A DNA stretch of 63,590 bases, counting the filler, from Octopus bimaculoides (taxonomy: Eukaryota): assembly GCF_001194135.2 (NCBI RefSeq). It is 5 parts of 4 records of this genome, joined end to end, with 100 filler letters (N's around TTAATTAATTAA, not from the genome) between each part and the next. Parts side by side here need not be neighbours in the genome. Positions count along the whole stretch, not along the records: positions 21,440 to 40,749 come from NC_068981.1; positions 40,850 to 48,218 come from NC_069002.1; 3 more parts are not named here. The stretch is one strand, 5' to 3'. A program made the position numbers and the translations under genes. Shown piece by piece: positions 27,656 through 42,409 of the stretch. The notes beneath the pieces are model-generated. The model searched no databases, was not told the DNA's origin, and was given only the letters and a program-made list of their open reading frames with translations. The first letter of the stretch is position 1, and each line of letters starts with the position of its first letter.

Positions 27656-28048
27656 TATAATAAAGGATAAATTCACTTTAATCATTTTATGAAGTGGTCA
27701 GCGCGAAATAAAAACCTCTCTATACTATGTAAATCTATATATTTGTGTAAGAGTGTATATGCGTGTATTCGTTGTGCGTGACCGTGTGTGCGTGTACGTG
27801 TGTGTATGTGTGTGTTTGTGTGTGTGTGTGTGTGCGTGTGTGTTTGTATTTTCTCTCCTCATTCCTTTCTGTAAAGGAGCGCAGGCTTGAAACATCAAAG
27901 GCTTCGATTTTTTTCTGTCTCAAACTAATACACCTTGTTTGTTGTTCCGTCACTTAGCTCTGTTGTTTGTTTTTTTTTGTTCCTTGTATAAATTTGAACT
28001 ACATGTGTGTGTACGCATTTGTGTGTGTGTGTACGCATTTGTGTGTGT

Positions 28049-28092
<44 letters not shown>

Positions 28093-29890
28093 NNNNNNNN
28101 NNNNNNNNNNNNNNNNNNNNNNNNNNNNNNNNNNNNNNNNNNNNNNNNNNNNNNNNNNNNNNNNNNNNNNNNNNNNNNNNNNNNNNNNNNNNNNNNNNNN
28201 NNNNNNNNNNNNNNNNNNNNNNNNNNNNNNNNNNNNNNNNNNNNNNNNNNNNNNNNNNNNNNNNNNNNNNNNNNNNNNNNNNNNNNNNNNNNNNNNNNNN
28301 NNNNNNNNNNNNNNNNNNNNNNNNNNNNNNNNNNNNNNNNNNNNNNNNNNNNNNNNNNNNNNNNNNNNNNNNNNNNNNNNNNNNNNNNNNNNNNNNNNNN
28401 NNNNNNNNNNNNNNNNNNNNNNNNNNNNNNNNNNNNNNNNNNNNNNNNNNNNNNNNNNNNNNNNNNNNNNNNNNNNNNNNNNNNNNNNNNNNNNNNNNNN
28501 NNNNNNNNNNNNNNNNGTAGGAGGGGGCCGAGGAGAAGGACGAGGAGAAGGACGAGGAGGACGACAAGGAGGAGGTGGACGACAAGGAGGGGGATTAGGA
28601 CCTATTTCGATAGGTCTTTTCGTTTTTTCCGGGTTTTTTTTCCTATTCGTGGACAAATAATTTACAATACTTTTTTATTATCAATAAGATGCAGATTTGT
28701 TTCAGAGAATGATAATTTGTTAGCATGTTAAAAGTTTATATTTCGGAGTCCAAAATACATTGCGAAATACTGTGCTTGATCTGAGCTCCGTTCTAACTTT
28801 AACCGTTTTGGTTTACTACTATTGTTATAGCCTGTATAATTATGACCATAAGGTTATATGAAAGAAAAGAACATCGACTTATAGCAACACAATACTAAAT
28901 ATTAGTGGCTTTAGGCATAAATCCCCTGAGATATCATCACATCTTCTTATAGATGTAGGTAGTACGACATGTCTAACCTAACTATGTGGTAGCGCGTGGC
29001 TTAGTAATTAGAGTGTTGGACTCACGATCGTAGTGGTGACAGTAGTACTGATTGCAAAAGGAGGAGGAGAACCACGACGACGACGAGGAAGACGAGGGAA
29101 GATAGCGTATAACTTATTCACACTAGCTTCATATCGGTCTGTAGCATCATCTTCGTCTGTCAGCAAATTTATAGAAACCTCCTTATTTGGTGTACAGTTT
29201 ACACCATAACCTTTTGTAAGGAGTTTTAAAGTTTGTACTCAAAACGTCAATTTTCTTTGTGACTACCCTCCTCGTCTTTGCATCAGCTGGTAGTTATCGA
29301 GACTACAAATGTACATCTCTTGTACTCAGTCTGTTTTGTGAAAGTATGCATTTTGCGTTATAATTTCCAGACATATTTGAGACCTGTTGAACTAATCTTT
29401 GAAATTCCTTTCAGATGAACACAGATTTGTTTGTCTTTTGTAATGAATAACATCAAAAATTATTCTATACTGAAGAACTATGGTACATCCAGAAATATCT
29501 TCATATCGCAACATTTTCTAATGCAGTAAAATACTGGAATCTCTCTTTCATGAATGGCTTTAAACTTTTCCAAAAATTAGCGCATGGCTTCATGTCTAAG
29601 CTTCCCTGAACGGAGTCCTCTTCGTGCACCAACACCTGGTTGTTTACCGGTTGCCACATTTTGTCAGTTTTCACCTGCAACATACAAATAAAAAAATCAT
29701 CGTTATTCATAGGTAAAACCTAAATTAAGCTGTCAGCATTTTGGTCTACATACACCTTAAATAATAAATAAACTAACTAACCACTTTAATGCGTACATTA
29801 ACAATATAACAAGAGTAATTATATATTTTTTAAATGTAGTAAATGTTTCATCGACAGTTTGAAAAATTCAAATATTCTCTATATTTATCA

Positions 29891-30274
29891 TTGTTGTTGG
29901 CACTCCGTCGCTTACGACGTCGAGGGTTCCAGTTGATCCGATCAACGGAACAGCCTGTTCGTGAAATTAACGTGCAAGTGGCTGAGCACTCCACAGACAC
30001 GTGTATCCTTAACGTAGTTCTCGGGGATATTCAGCGTGGCACAGTGTGACAAGGCTGACCCTTTGAATTACAGGCACAACAGAAACAGGAAGTAAGAGTG
30101 AGAGAAAGTTGTGGTGAAAGAGTACAGCAGGGTTCGCCACCATCCCCTGCTGGAGCCTCGTTGAGCTTTAGGTGTTTTCGCTCAATAAACACTCACAACG
30201 CCCGGTCTGGGAATCGAAACCGCGATCCTATGGCCACGAGTTCGCTGCCCTAACCACTGGGCCATTGCGCCTCC
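29891..30274 (-). mobile_element. SINE family C, complete copy with 9-bp TSD
   Basis: tRNA-like head GGAGGCGCAATGGCCCAGTGGTTAGGGCAGCG...GGTTTCGATTCC (A and B boxes) and a (CAA)n tail. TSD ATTTATCAT at 29883-29891 and 30275-30283. Confidence 0.95.
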
Positions 30275-31560
30275 ATTTATCATAAACTGACTAAGAAGAT
30301 CCATTTTTATAATGACAAATACAATATTGTAAAACATAAGTAACTAACAAAATTAGGAACCTAAACCAAGATATGCTTCAACGTCGAAAATACAATTTTG
30401 CTTAACTATATGAAATAGTTTCTGTGATGCAGCTGCCACTCGGGAATACTTATACCAAACACACACGTCTACAAGCATGGATTTTCCCAAAAATTACACA
30501 TTTTTCCTACCTTAAAGTACACGAGAGGCTGGTCTGGATGATTGACTATGATAGTTTCAATAGAATTACAGGGTTCGATACATATTTCCATATCATCTGA
30601 ACGAACCAAAAACTTCAACGAGTAACACCGACACCATTACGAATTATATTTTAGTACATTTTCTAGTGTTGTGTATTTCTCTGTGATTTCTAAAGTGAGA
30701 ATATAATTCATGAAAATTAAATTGATGCATAAAAATTAATTTGATGCAAGAATAATTCCGGCTTTTGTTATTTTAAACTCTGTGGATTATTCTGGAACAA
30801 ACTTTATTTAGTATTCTTTTATAAATTATGCAATGTTGAAATTTAGTTTATTGATTTATGTAACATGTTTCGCTTTGACTATTTATTGTTAAATATTTTA
30901 GGTTCTCAAATTGAAGAAAAAAGAAAAATTCGCGCAATTTTATTGTATAAATTCAAAAAGAATTCCAAAACATCGGAATATAAACCAAGCACAATATTTA
31001 CATATATTTCAGTTATTCTGATTTACTCTTTGAACATAAACTAGCAAATGCAAAATAACGTCAATTAAGCAACCTACTAATGTGTTACACTAATTCATAA
31101 CTACTTCATAAATGTTTGATATGCTTACTGAGAAAGAAAGACGGGTATGTTTCCTTTGAGGAGTGGTCAGCAATGTCTGAAAACATCTGTCAGGAGACTC
31201 ACTCTCGTTACTGTCAATAGAATGGAACGAATCTCTAATAATTTATAATATCTTAGACTTTGTAATAACTAAATTTATGTCAATTCTTTGTTTCCGTTTT
31301 TTATAATGGGACATAGCAGCAGATGGTTTTTACACCATTTTGCATATAGTCATAGACAGCGATTTAGCTGGCATCGGGCCTCGTTTCGGGTCCGCGGTAA
31401 TGACTAAATAGGATCTGATGGGAGTTATCTTGCTTGTCTATGAGTGCCAGGTGTTTTAACACCAGGCGCATTAAGAAAATATATTCTCTTACGCCTATAA
31501 GCGCAGCCTACTCACGAACTAGCAAAGCATATACCTTGTGTAAGTGCTTTCGAATTTGCT

Positions 31561-31614
<54 letters not shown>

Positions 31615-34306
31615 NNNNNNNNNNNNNNNNNNNNNNNNNNNNNNNNNNNNNNNNNNNNNNNNNNNNNNNNNNNNNNNNNNNNNNNNNNNNNNNNNNNNNN
31701 NNNNNNNNNNNNNNNNNNNNNNNNNNNNNNNNNNNNNNNNNNNNNNNNNNNNNNNNNNNNNNNNNNNNNNNNNNNNNNNNNNNNNNNNNNNNNNNNNNNN
31801 NNNNNNNNNNNNNNNNNNNNNNNNNNNNNNNNNNNNNNNNNNNNNNNNNNNNNNNNNNNNNNNNNNNNNNNNNNNNNNNNNNNNNNNNNNNNNNNNNNNN
31901 NNNNNNNNNNNNNNNNNNNNNNNNNNNNNTATATATATATATATATATATATCGGTTTAGAACTGCATATTTAACTTGAAATAATACGACCATTTCTTCT
32001 ATAGATGCATACCACCATAATTGAAAGAATGATATATAATCAGTTTCATAGCCTCCTCTATATAACTGGTGTTTATGTTATCGAAAGTTGAGAGTCAGGT
32101 TGAAAGATACACTCGATCAATTTTTGAGATCAAAATTATCCGGAGAAGGACGAAACGAAATAAGTAACCGAGTTTATTTTACATGCTCACCTGATTCAGA
32201 AACTTTATTCGAACAATAACTAATAAACTATACGTAATCAGCTTGGGCAACGATTATCTAGTGAATATTTGACATCCTGTTACAATTAATTGAAAGTGCT
32301 TTTATCGATATTGCAATACAATTTGCTGCACCATCAAAGCAAGTTGATTCTCTGTTACTAATTTTACTTCAGCTTCTACAACGAAGTAATATTATGTCGT
32401 ATGTTTTTGCTACTAGTACTTTTATTGTTTTTGTTTGCATATGAGCAAAGAAATACCAGCCGTGATAATTGTCTTTTACTCCAGACTGGGCATCGATGTC
32501 CGCATTCAATGTATCCGGTAACGAGTGAGATATGGGCTGGGATTTCTAATCAATCGAACGACCAAATAGAGGAGGAGTTTTCTTGTGTCATGTCTGTTCA
32601 TGTCAATAATACATCACGATAAATGACAATCGACTATAGCGAGTGCATAGACAGCAATAAGAACTTCACACAGTACACCTGATTGAAAGTTATTATTTAA
32701 TGTTTTATCCAGTGAGCCGTAAATTGTATTCTTTAATGAACCAGTGGTCTATAGATATAAGAGTCAAATCCCCCTCACATCAGCTACTCCAACCGTCTCG
32801 TAAAATGGAAGTACAGGTGGATATATAAGTACAGGTGAATCGAGGTGGACACAACAATATGCCTAAAACCTTGCAGGTTGGTCACGTTTTCAACATACTG
32901 ACTACATGTTCGGTTAGGCTTGACCCTGAAAATAAACAACATCATATCGAGCAATACAGCACAATCACAGAAGAAATCTGTTGACTTCTGCTGTAATATG
33001 AATTGAATTGGTATTGTTGCATGAAAATCATACACCATATACAAAAAGAGACATCAATCACACTGATTGTGCTTAACGTAATGTCAATAAACCTACTATT
33101 AATCAATTATAGTCTCTATATTCAAAGCGAAACGACAAACAGTTGTTCGATAAAGAAACACGCGTGCAAATGCATTCTTACATACAGATAAACTTACAGG
33201 TGTATATATTGAGTTACGTTGCTTGATTTTGCAAAGAAATAGCCGGCATAATGGCAAAAAGGTAGGTACGATGTATAGTCGAAATCAGTATACTACTGAT
33301 GTTTATTTTATCAGAGAGTGATGTAAGAACATACAAATGTTTTAGCAAAAATGATTTTTGCTATCACTGGTACAAGGTTACATTTTAGAAAGTTTAGATA
33401 TGATTAGTTCAATATGCCAAAGTATTTCCGTTATCAATACTGCAATGGTAAAAACTAAAAGTATTCCCACAGGATTTCAACAAGTAGACTTGAACAAGTA
33501 GATTCAAGTATAACCTACTACTTCAAAACAATTTCGCCGGCATTCATTCGATTGTTTTTGTTTCATCCTTTGTCCTAACATATATATAAATATTTCTTGC
33601 AACGGTAGACCATGACTTTGCTGACAAGGAATATAGTCGTTAATAAGTAGTGCAGTACTTGACTGGTTCTCTTTTTCCGTATGAGTGTGTTTTTAGCAAC
33701 ATACATTTCTGGAAAGAGAACCTGATAAATATTCAGCCGATGTCAGATAAGCAGACAGAACAAGTAGAAAATGTGCCAAAGACATCGGAGTCTATTTGGA
33801 GCGATTTGAAATCTTTTCATCGACTCCAAGTTAGAAAGAGGAGATGGAGACATGACAATTGTGACAATCGAATAATTCAATCCATGCATTCCTTGCTTGT
33901 CACTCTATTATTAGATCTACTCGTTGTCTAGACAAGATGATAAATACCTCAGAAAACTTGCAAGGCTGGTTTTAAAATTTAGGGCAGAAGTATTTGATAT
34001 AAACGGGAAAAATATGGTATTGAACGCTGGAAGGCAAAATCGACAAGTTATCCAATCAGAAACTATTTATTCTACTTGCAATAATTACTGTATCTTTGTC
34101 GATTAGAATCACAATGAATATAGAAATATTTGTCGATTCATTTATCTTTTTAGAATGTTTATGCTACTTCCTTTTTATATTTTATGATTTTCTAATTTTT
34201 GAGGAAACAAAATCGATAGACTTTTAAAATAATAACATTGAAAAACTGTTATTATTTTCTTTTACTTTGTTCCACTCGTCGGACATGGTGGAGTACAACC
34301 AATCAA

Positions 34307-34430
<124 letters not shown>

Positions 34431-34438
34431 AAACTAGA

Positions 34439-35149
34439 CTAGACTACCCGTGACCTGTTGGGTCACCAATAATTCAAAGTACCGGGAAAGTCTGTGTTTC
34501 CTAGCAACGGAGATTTGTTTCGTGGGTTTTTCTTTTCCAGGTTATTTTGTGTGCTTTCAACGAATATGACATCGAAATCACACGTAAATGGCTCCTTTCC
34601 CCAGAAAAGGAAACATTTGACTGCTATTTTTTGCACACCCTGCTACCACGTAACAGGTATTTTGGGTCCTTCATCGCAAATAGCTGTTATGTGGTAGCAG
34701 AGCGTGCTATAAATAGCAGCCAAATCTTTGGAGGTGAGATGCGTTGAATGCACACGAAAGAGACCTACGGGAATGAACTATTTCACACCGAGGTTGCGAA
34801 CGGGTCTTTTACGAATTATTTACCGTATTTTTAAAGTCATTTTTACTTTAAAATATTTTGCCCATCATAATATGTGTAATGGAAAGGTTATAGTTTCGTC
34901 CCTTTCAGGGTTAAGTTATTTTCGGATTATTTTCCCAATATACGCCGTTTTGGGCATTTATACCCACAAAATCCCGAATATCTCAATAACCACTGGTTCG
35001 ATTTACACGAAACTTATCTTATTCTGTTTGTATTCACATTTCAGGGGTACCTTATTCTCAAAGTATTTTCCCATTATGCGCTGGTTTGGCTATGTAACAT
35101 TGCAAGCAAGCAAGCAAGATTGAAGTTCATTTTTAATGTAATATAAAGA
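34439..35149 (-). mobile_element. Non-autonomous Helitron
   Basis: Minus-strand 3' end GTGACC-caaca-GGTCAC hairpin (34450-34466), then 7 nt, then CTAG|T. 5' end TCTTTATATTAC at 35149, merging into an (AGAT)n tract, so the exact A|TC junction is ambiguous. Confidence 0.72.
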
Positions 35150-35158
35150 CAGACAGAC

Positions 35159-35240
<82 letters not shown>

Positions 35241-38200
35241 ACAGATAGATAGATAATGTAATGTATGGATTCATAAAATAGGGTGGTTATCACAGAAAGC
35301 TCCTCTAACACATCTGGCTAACAGACCACATACAAATTCAATACAGAGGAGTATAATGCAGAGTTTCATGCAGCAGAAATTCAGGAGATCCGATCGGTGA
35401 GACTATTTCGTGAAGAATATGTAAACCATAAAATGTCAGGAGGTATATTTATATATCTCATGGACTCTCCTGTCGCTAGTCGACGTATGACGGCGCTGCA
35501 AGACATATTTATTGGCTCAGTTTATTTCTTCCTATGATGCTTGCACTGCAGTGTATGTCTGTGTATCTTCTGTAAAGAACTGTCTTCACGTCTCTATTTT
35601 ATAGTCTTCAGCTCAATGTTTACTCGGCAGCTATAACAGCACCATAGTGATTAATAAGAGAGAAACCAAAATAATGCTTAGCTGCCTTGTACAGATTATA
35701 TATATGTACAAACACACATACATACATATGTCCACACACATACACACACGCACACACACACACACACACATCTGTTGTTGTATGCCTATATGTGTGTACA
35801 TATGTGTGCATGTATATGTATATATACACACACATACGCACAGTCACATATATACATACACGCATATATATATATATATGAAGTTGTATGTGCTTATATG
35901 TCTATGTATGGTTATATAATATATATATGTGTGTCTGTGTGTGTATGCAAGTATATATTTCTAACTATACATATGTGTTCGTGTCGTGTGAACATAAGAG
36001 GATGAGGGTACGATTAAGTGGTGAAGCTGTGTGCATAAATGTTTCAATGAATATAAATAAATTAGGCATGCGTGTTATTCTGTGTTTGTGCGTGTGTGTG
36101 TGCGTTAGTGTGTGTGCGTTAGTGTGTGTGCGTTGCGTGTTTGTATGTATGTAGATATATATATATATATATATATANNNNNNNNNNNNNNNNNNNNNNN
36201 NNNNNNNNNNNNNNNNNNNNNNNNNNNNNNNNNNNNNNNNNNNNNNNNNNNNNNNNNNNNNNNNNNNNNNNNNNNNNNNNNNNNNNNNNNNNNNNNNNNN
36301 NNNNNNNNNNNNNNNNNNNNNNNNNNNNNNNNNNNNNNNNNNNNNNNNNNNNNNNNNNNNNNNNNNNNNNNNNNNNNNNNNNNNNNNNNNNNNNNTATAT
36401 ATATATATATATATGAGTGTGTTGTATGCATTCCTGAATAGTAGTAAGTGATTTAAAATGAGTTACAATGCATTTTGCAGGTATTGGGTGAAATAGAATT
36501 TGTACGGAGATAAGAATTAGAAAACCTCTCGAATAATCCTTTTCGAAACCAAACAATTGTCTTTTTCGTGAAAGAACGCGATTGATATGAACATTTTCCT
36601 ACGATCTCTTTTATGCTTCATACTCATGTATTAAGACAAAGACATACAGTTTCAATTTATAAAGCATGGGTATATATGTTCATGTACGCTTGCATGTAAG
36701 GTATGCACACACACACACACACATGTATTGCATGCAAATACATAAATGCATGTGTGCGTATGTGCTTTTGTGTGCGTGCATGTGTGTATTTGAGCGTGTG
36801 TGTGTACGTGTGTATGCATGTGTATGTATAAATGAATTGTATTTATGCTGGACAAACGCTGATACGGAGTTGAATTCCAAAAGTCATACACATTTTCTTT
36901 TTTAACATTTAAGTTGAAACCGTAGTAAATATCAAAAAAAAAAATACTGACGATTGCTAGATTTGTTACACAATATTTTAAACGAAAATAAATAAATTTT
37001 GAACAAAATGCTAGAGAGCTTGTTCTTCACAGATTACGCAAAGAAGAATTTAGAGTAATATATTGTTTCCGTGTAAGTGCATACCTATATGTTGGTGTGA
37101 GTATGTGTGTACTACATACATATTCATAAGAATATATAGCCACGTATATATTATATATTAATTTTGTGTATTTTAAAATTTAATTTACGCGGCAAATAAC
37201 TTGTATGTAGGTCGCCCTATGTATTCCAGTTCGTGTTATCGCACTGGTTTCATTTGGAGTTTGAATATTTCACAACTGTACATTTAGAAAGTAAAACAAA
37301 GAATGGCAGATATTTTGAGATATTTAGTTTCACCTTCTTAAATAAGTATTAGTTACATAATGTAAGTTACATAATTAAGACATCTTATCGAATCTTCAGA
37401 GTTAATTTTTATACATAACAATACTGGGTTATAGAATGTTTGACAGAAGTAACAATCGTGGTTCTCCTTGATGGTTAGTTCTGTCAAGAATTTTACAATG
37501 CAGTAGTGTTACGTATAAAGGTTACACTTAAGATTTCACCATAATTCTAGCTTATGTGATTTATTTCATGTGGTGTGTGCACAGGAAATATAACATTGCT
37601 TATGAAATACTCGGTTTCTTTACATAACGTATATTTTATAAATAAGAGTAAATGATTATCAGTTACATGAAATAAATCATATAAGCTAGAAGTATTGGGA
37701 AATCCTAAGACCAGTGTAATCTTAAAGTACGAAGTCGGACAGAATAAATGTGGTGAAAACAATTTTCCACTTCTACATCAAATTCATTTTCTTATATACA
37801 AATCATAATTTTTTCATTTATATTTTCAATATCTACCATGTCTTCTTTCACTCTTATTCGATATCTAACGGCACCTCATTGATATTTTTCTGCATGTTTT
37901 CTATTTCAACTAAGATTAGCAAAAATCGTTGAATTATGCACAATTGGAAAACAATTCAAACTTACCTTTGTTTTCCAGTTTGTGGGTATCCTATACCTAC
38001 ACGTTATTATCTTCATTCCTAGCACTCAGCTTTTTGTCAAACCAGTATAACCCTTCTCAGTCCATTTCCACTCACTATGACCCTTTTGTTCGAGCAATGA
38101 TTGAATAACGACCGGCTGCTGCTTACTTTAGCACAACATATCTGCCAGACATAACAGTTTCCCATGGGATTCCACTCCCACTTATGTCGTTAATGTTGCC

Positions 38201-38489
38201 TAATGCACTGTTCAATTCCATTCATTCATAGGAAATATTGAGCTAAGTAATACAGTCAATAGGGTTTCTATTGAGACATCACCTCTAAGAAGGTTACTAA
38301 CCACTTTGTCGGTATACCATATCAAGGCTGGATGTAAGCCAATACTAAAGAGGTTTTACATCCATCAAACGCCAACACCGTAGTTTATGGGCTTGGTCAA
38401 AAACATTGCCTTTTATGTTTTTTTGGTTTTTTGCTTTTATTTACTTATTTATTTATTTATTTTCATTGTTACCACTACCAACGGGGTGA

Positions 38490-38695
38490 ACTGTCAGAAT
38501 CGCCACCGCGTAAATAAAAATGCATAGTGGTATTTCGTCCATCTTTACGTTCTGTGTTCAAATTTCACCGAGGCCTACAATGCATTTCATCATTTCGAGG
38601 TAGATGAAATAAGTACCAGATGAGCGTTGTGATCGATGTAATCGACTCAATTCCTCCTCCGATATTGCTAGCTTTGTATCAAAATTTGGGACAAT
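38490..38695 (+). mobile_element. SINE family B, older copy
   Basis: GGTATTTCGTCC.TCTTTACGTTCTG.GTTCAAATT.CACCGAGG...GA.GAAATAAGTACCAG. Confidence 0.75.
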
Positions 38696-38804
38696 AAGTA
38701 AATAAATACATAAATGAAATATATAAATACAATACATGTATGTACATAGATACACACCAAGATACACACATAGATACACACCAATGTATATGTATATATG
38801 TGTA

Positions 38805-38886
<82 letters not shown>

Positions 38887-39255
38887 CAGGAGTGGCTGTG
38901 TAGTAAGAAGTTTGCCAATCACATGGTTCCCGGTTCAGTCCTACTGCGTGACACCTTGGACAGGTGTCTTTATCCTGGGGTCCACCAGTGTTTTGTGAGT
39001 GGATTTGATAGACAAAAACTTAAAGAGGCCGTCGTATATATATGTGTGTGTGGTGTCTAGTTGTGTGTCTGTACTTGTCCCCTCACCATCGCTTGACAAC
39101 CATGTTAGTGTGTTTACGTCCACGTAACTTAGCGGTTCGGCAAAAGTGACCGATAGAATAAGTACTAGGCTTGCAAAGAATAAATCCTGGTTCGACTAAA
39201 GTCGGTGCTCCAGCATGGCCGTCGTCAAGTGACTGAAACAAGTAAAAGAATAAAT
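38887..39255 (+). mobile_element. SINE family A, near complete
   Basis: CAGGAGTGGCTGTGTAGTAAGAAG ... CCAGCATGGCCG..GTCAAGTGACTGAAACAAGTAAAAGAATAAA. Confidence 0.9.
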
Positions 39256-39987
39256 GAATATATACGGGGAGAGAAAGAGACAGACAGACAAACAGACAGA
39301 GAATTAAGATAAATACCGATATCGATATTTAGTTCCTACGTACGTTTCACTATTGCAGTTATTTAGAATTCAGCATTCAATGTTCCAAATGCATTCATAT
39401 ACTTAATTGCAACGAATCATCCGGGGAATATTTAATTACATTCTGTTACAGAGTTTGAATATTAAGATAGGATGTGTGTGTGTGTGTATGTGTCTATGTA
39501 CATATATGTACGTATTTATATAATTCATTTATGTATTTATTTATGCAGTCATTTATTTTCATTGTTTACTTAATTATTTGCTAGTATACCTTCGCTTTTT
39601 ATCCTATTACTTTATCACTCTTTACCCTCTTCCTTTTTTCTTTCCTTCCACGACTTACTTGCTTGTTTTCCACTTCTCTAAACACTTATAAATTACCTCG
39701 CTATGTACGAAGCTTCAGATATTTGTTCTCAGTAACAGAATGCATTCCCCTGATCATCCCATGCAACTAGGTATTCAAACGCTCTGGAACATCTAATGCT
39801 GAAATGGTTAAACGTACAAACTGGTGTTTATCTATACTGGTGTCCCACAACACATGCTTTGTATATGATAACCATTATCACTACTTAGTACAGCAGTAGA
39901 CTAACTACTGTATTGGAAGCTGAAGAGATAATGATAATCTACGTGGAGCTCTGACTCATACACACAAACACACATACTCACAAACAC

Positions 39988-40039
<52 letters not shown>

Positions 40040-40749
40040 TGTTCATCACAACTGTCCGACGAACGGAAACGTGAAACTCTGACTAACAGTCATGAATACA
40101 CATGAATGAATACGCATGTCTGTGTATGCGTGGATACGTGTGCATACGTGCATATACGCGTGTATGCGTGCACGTGTGCGCGCGTGCGTGTTTGTTCAAG
40201 TGTGTGTGTACGTATGTGTGTGTGTGCATACGTGCGCATGCGCACCCATGTAGAGATGCGCACACTCACATCAATATACATATGCACGCAAAACTATATG
40301 AGCACGTCTGCACGCTCACATATAGAACTATATGATTGTACATGCCGCCCCTTCCTACTTCCTCCCTCCAACAACCTGACCAATTTCTACTCTCCACATA
40401 CTAGTCCTCCACATGATCAAACTAACTGTTACCTATATACCAACACCAAACCATGACCGCAATGTCTCGTGGACAATTCATATTTTTCAAATAGTTTGCT
40501 TGTTATGTTGTTTAATAAGTAAATACATAAGTAAATAAAGGAACATTTGTGCGTATTTACACACACGTACTTAAGTGGTGATGAATATACAAACCGTGTA
40601 TATAATCATCGATCTGTAACTAGTTCGATAAGTACCAACGCACGAAAATCTCGGTCGCAGAGTTACTCTGTTGGTTCTGCTGAATATTAATAAAAACAAA
40701 TATATATTACTGTTCTGAGTTCTATTTTCCTGTTTGCTACACCACACTT

Positions 40750-40849
40750 NNNNNNNNNNNNNNNNNNNNNNNNNNNNNNNNNNNNNNNNNNNNTTAATTA
40801 ATTAANNNNNNNNNNNNNNNNNNNNNNNNNNNNNNNNNNNNNNNNNNNN
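40750..40849. other. Artificial scaffold-joining spacer
   Basis: 44 N + TTAATTAATTAA (40794-40805) + 44 N. Confidence 0.95.
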
Positions 40850-41190
40850 AAAGGCAAAGTCGACACCGGCGAAATTTGAACTCAGAACGTAGCGACGGAC
40901 TAAACACCTCTAAGCATTTTTCTCGGCGTGTTAACGATTCTGCCAGCTCGCCGCCTTAATAATAACAATAATAATGGTTTCAAATTTTGCCACAAGGGCA
41001 GCCATTTTAGAGTAGGGGACTAGTCGGTTGCATCGACCCCAGTGTTTCATTGGTTCTTAATTTATCGACCCCGAAAGAATAAAAGGCAAAATCGACCTCG
41101 GCGGGATTTGAACTCAGAACGTAGCGGCAGACGAAACACCGCTAAGCATTTTGCCCGGCGTGCTAACAATTCTGTCAGCTTGCTGCCTTT
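40850..41190 (-). mobile_element. Two head-to-tail SINE family B copies (40850-40958 and about 40975-41190)
   Basis: Both carry AAAGGCAAA.TCGAC..CGGCG..ATTTGAACTCAGAACGTAGCG; they are separated by a short (AAT)n. Confidence 0.92.
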
Positions 41191-41204
41191 AGAATGATAA
41201 TATC

Positions 41205-41500
41205 ATTTATTTGCCACCAGGTAGTAAATATACACGGTTTACAATGAAAAGGAGAGGAAATATACATAGTATACAAAGGTTAAAACAAAGAGTGGGGATA
41301 GGGTTGTAACTCTCCTGATACAGGATGGCTTCTGGGGATAATCGAAGAACCCAACTGTCCGGGATTTCTCTGAAACCCCATGAGCAAGTGCCTTCTCCAG
41401 TTGCCTTTCTCCGATTCACAGGACTACACTTAGAAAGGTACCACCCACTCTTGCCATTTTCGCAACTTTCACTAAATATTTATAACGAGAGCTTCAAAAG
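41205..41500 (-). mobile_element. Possible 3' end of a LINE-like element
   Basis: Minus strand ends CCTGGTGGCAAATAAAT, loosely like the tail at 5644-5664. No coding motif. Confidence 0.3.
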
Positions 41501-41947
41501 TGACTGAGGAGACATCAAGAGAACGAGGAAGCCGTTGTTGCATGGACGCTAGTATTGCTAAAAATACTAACAGATAGACAACCACGAAAACTGAAATGTA
41601 TTCAGTTATGTGACTTGGCCTTGGATACAGCTCACACCTTGTTAATTTGATTATCTTTACCGGACTGTTTAATTACGCCAGAAAAAAGAAATGGAAGTCT
41701 ATTAAGTTCCCATGCCTCCAAAAGTATTAACGAAATAAATGAAAAGCTTCCGGTCTGTAATCGAATCACTACTGTGTTCTCAAGTTACGGAAAATCTTTG
41801 ACAGTCAATAACAACAACAACAGCAACAACAACAACAACACCAGTAGCAGCTGCTGCAACAATACTTATATTATTCATATAAAACGTCTTATTGCATATT
41901 AAAAGATTTGTTCCTGTCTATGCATGTATATGTATATATATCCACAT

Positions 41948-42310
41948 GTTGTTGGCACTCCATCGCTTACGACGTTGAGGGTTCCAGTTGATCCGATCAA
42001 CGGAACAGCCTGCTCGTGAAATTAACGTGCAAGTGGCTGAGCACTCCACAGACACGTGTACCCTTAACGTAGTTCTCGGGGATATTCAGTGTGACCCTTT
42101 GAATTACAGGCACAACAGAAACAGGAAGTAAGAGTGAGAGAAAGTTGTGGTGAAAGAGTACAGCAGGGTTCGCCACCATCCCCTGCCGGAGCTTCGTGGA
42201 GCTTTAGGTGTTTTCGCTCAATAAACACTCACAACACCCGGTCTGGGAATCGAAACTGCGATCCTATGACCGCGAGTCCGCTGCCCTAACCACTGGGTCA
42301 TTGCGCCTCC
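41948..42310 (-). mobile_element. SINE family C, complete copy with 12-bp TSD
   Basis: Highly similar to 29891-30274 with a short internal deletion. TSD ATATATCCACAT at 41936-41947 and 42313-42324. Confidence 0.95.
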
Positions 42311-42376
42311 ACATATATCCACATACATATACATGAAAGAATCATAAGTGCATACATATATTTACATTAATGTACG

Positions 42377-42409
<33 letters not shown>

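Noticed and set aside
30200-30274. tRNA gene calls at SINE heads (also 13543, 17450, 26950, 42310, 53660)
   Set aside because: A/B boxes are present but continue into SINE bodies with tails and TSDs, and I see no complete cloverleaf.
32280-32680. Possible hAT transposase relic (minus-strand TCFDGAAN at 32321-32344) or an exon
   Set aside because: A single short motif with stops in all frames nearby and no other hAT motifs or TIRs.
33650-34106. Adjacent 93-aa and 60-aa ORFs
   Set aside because: No recognisable domain or convincing splice signals; probably old repeat-derived DNA.
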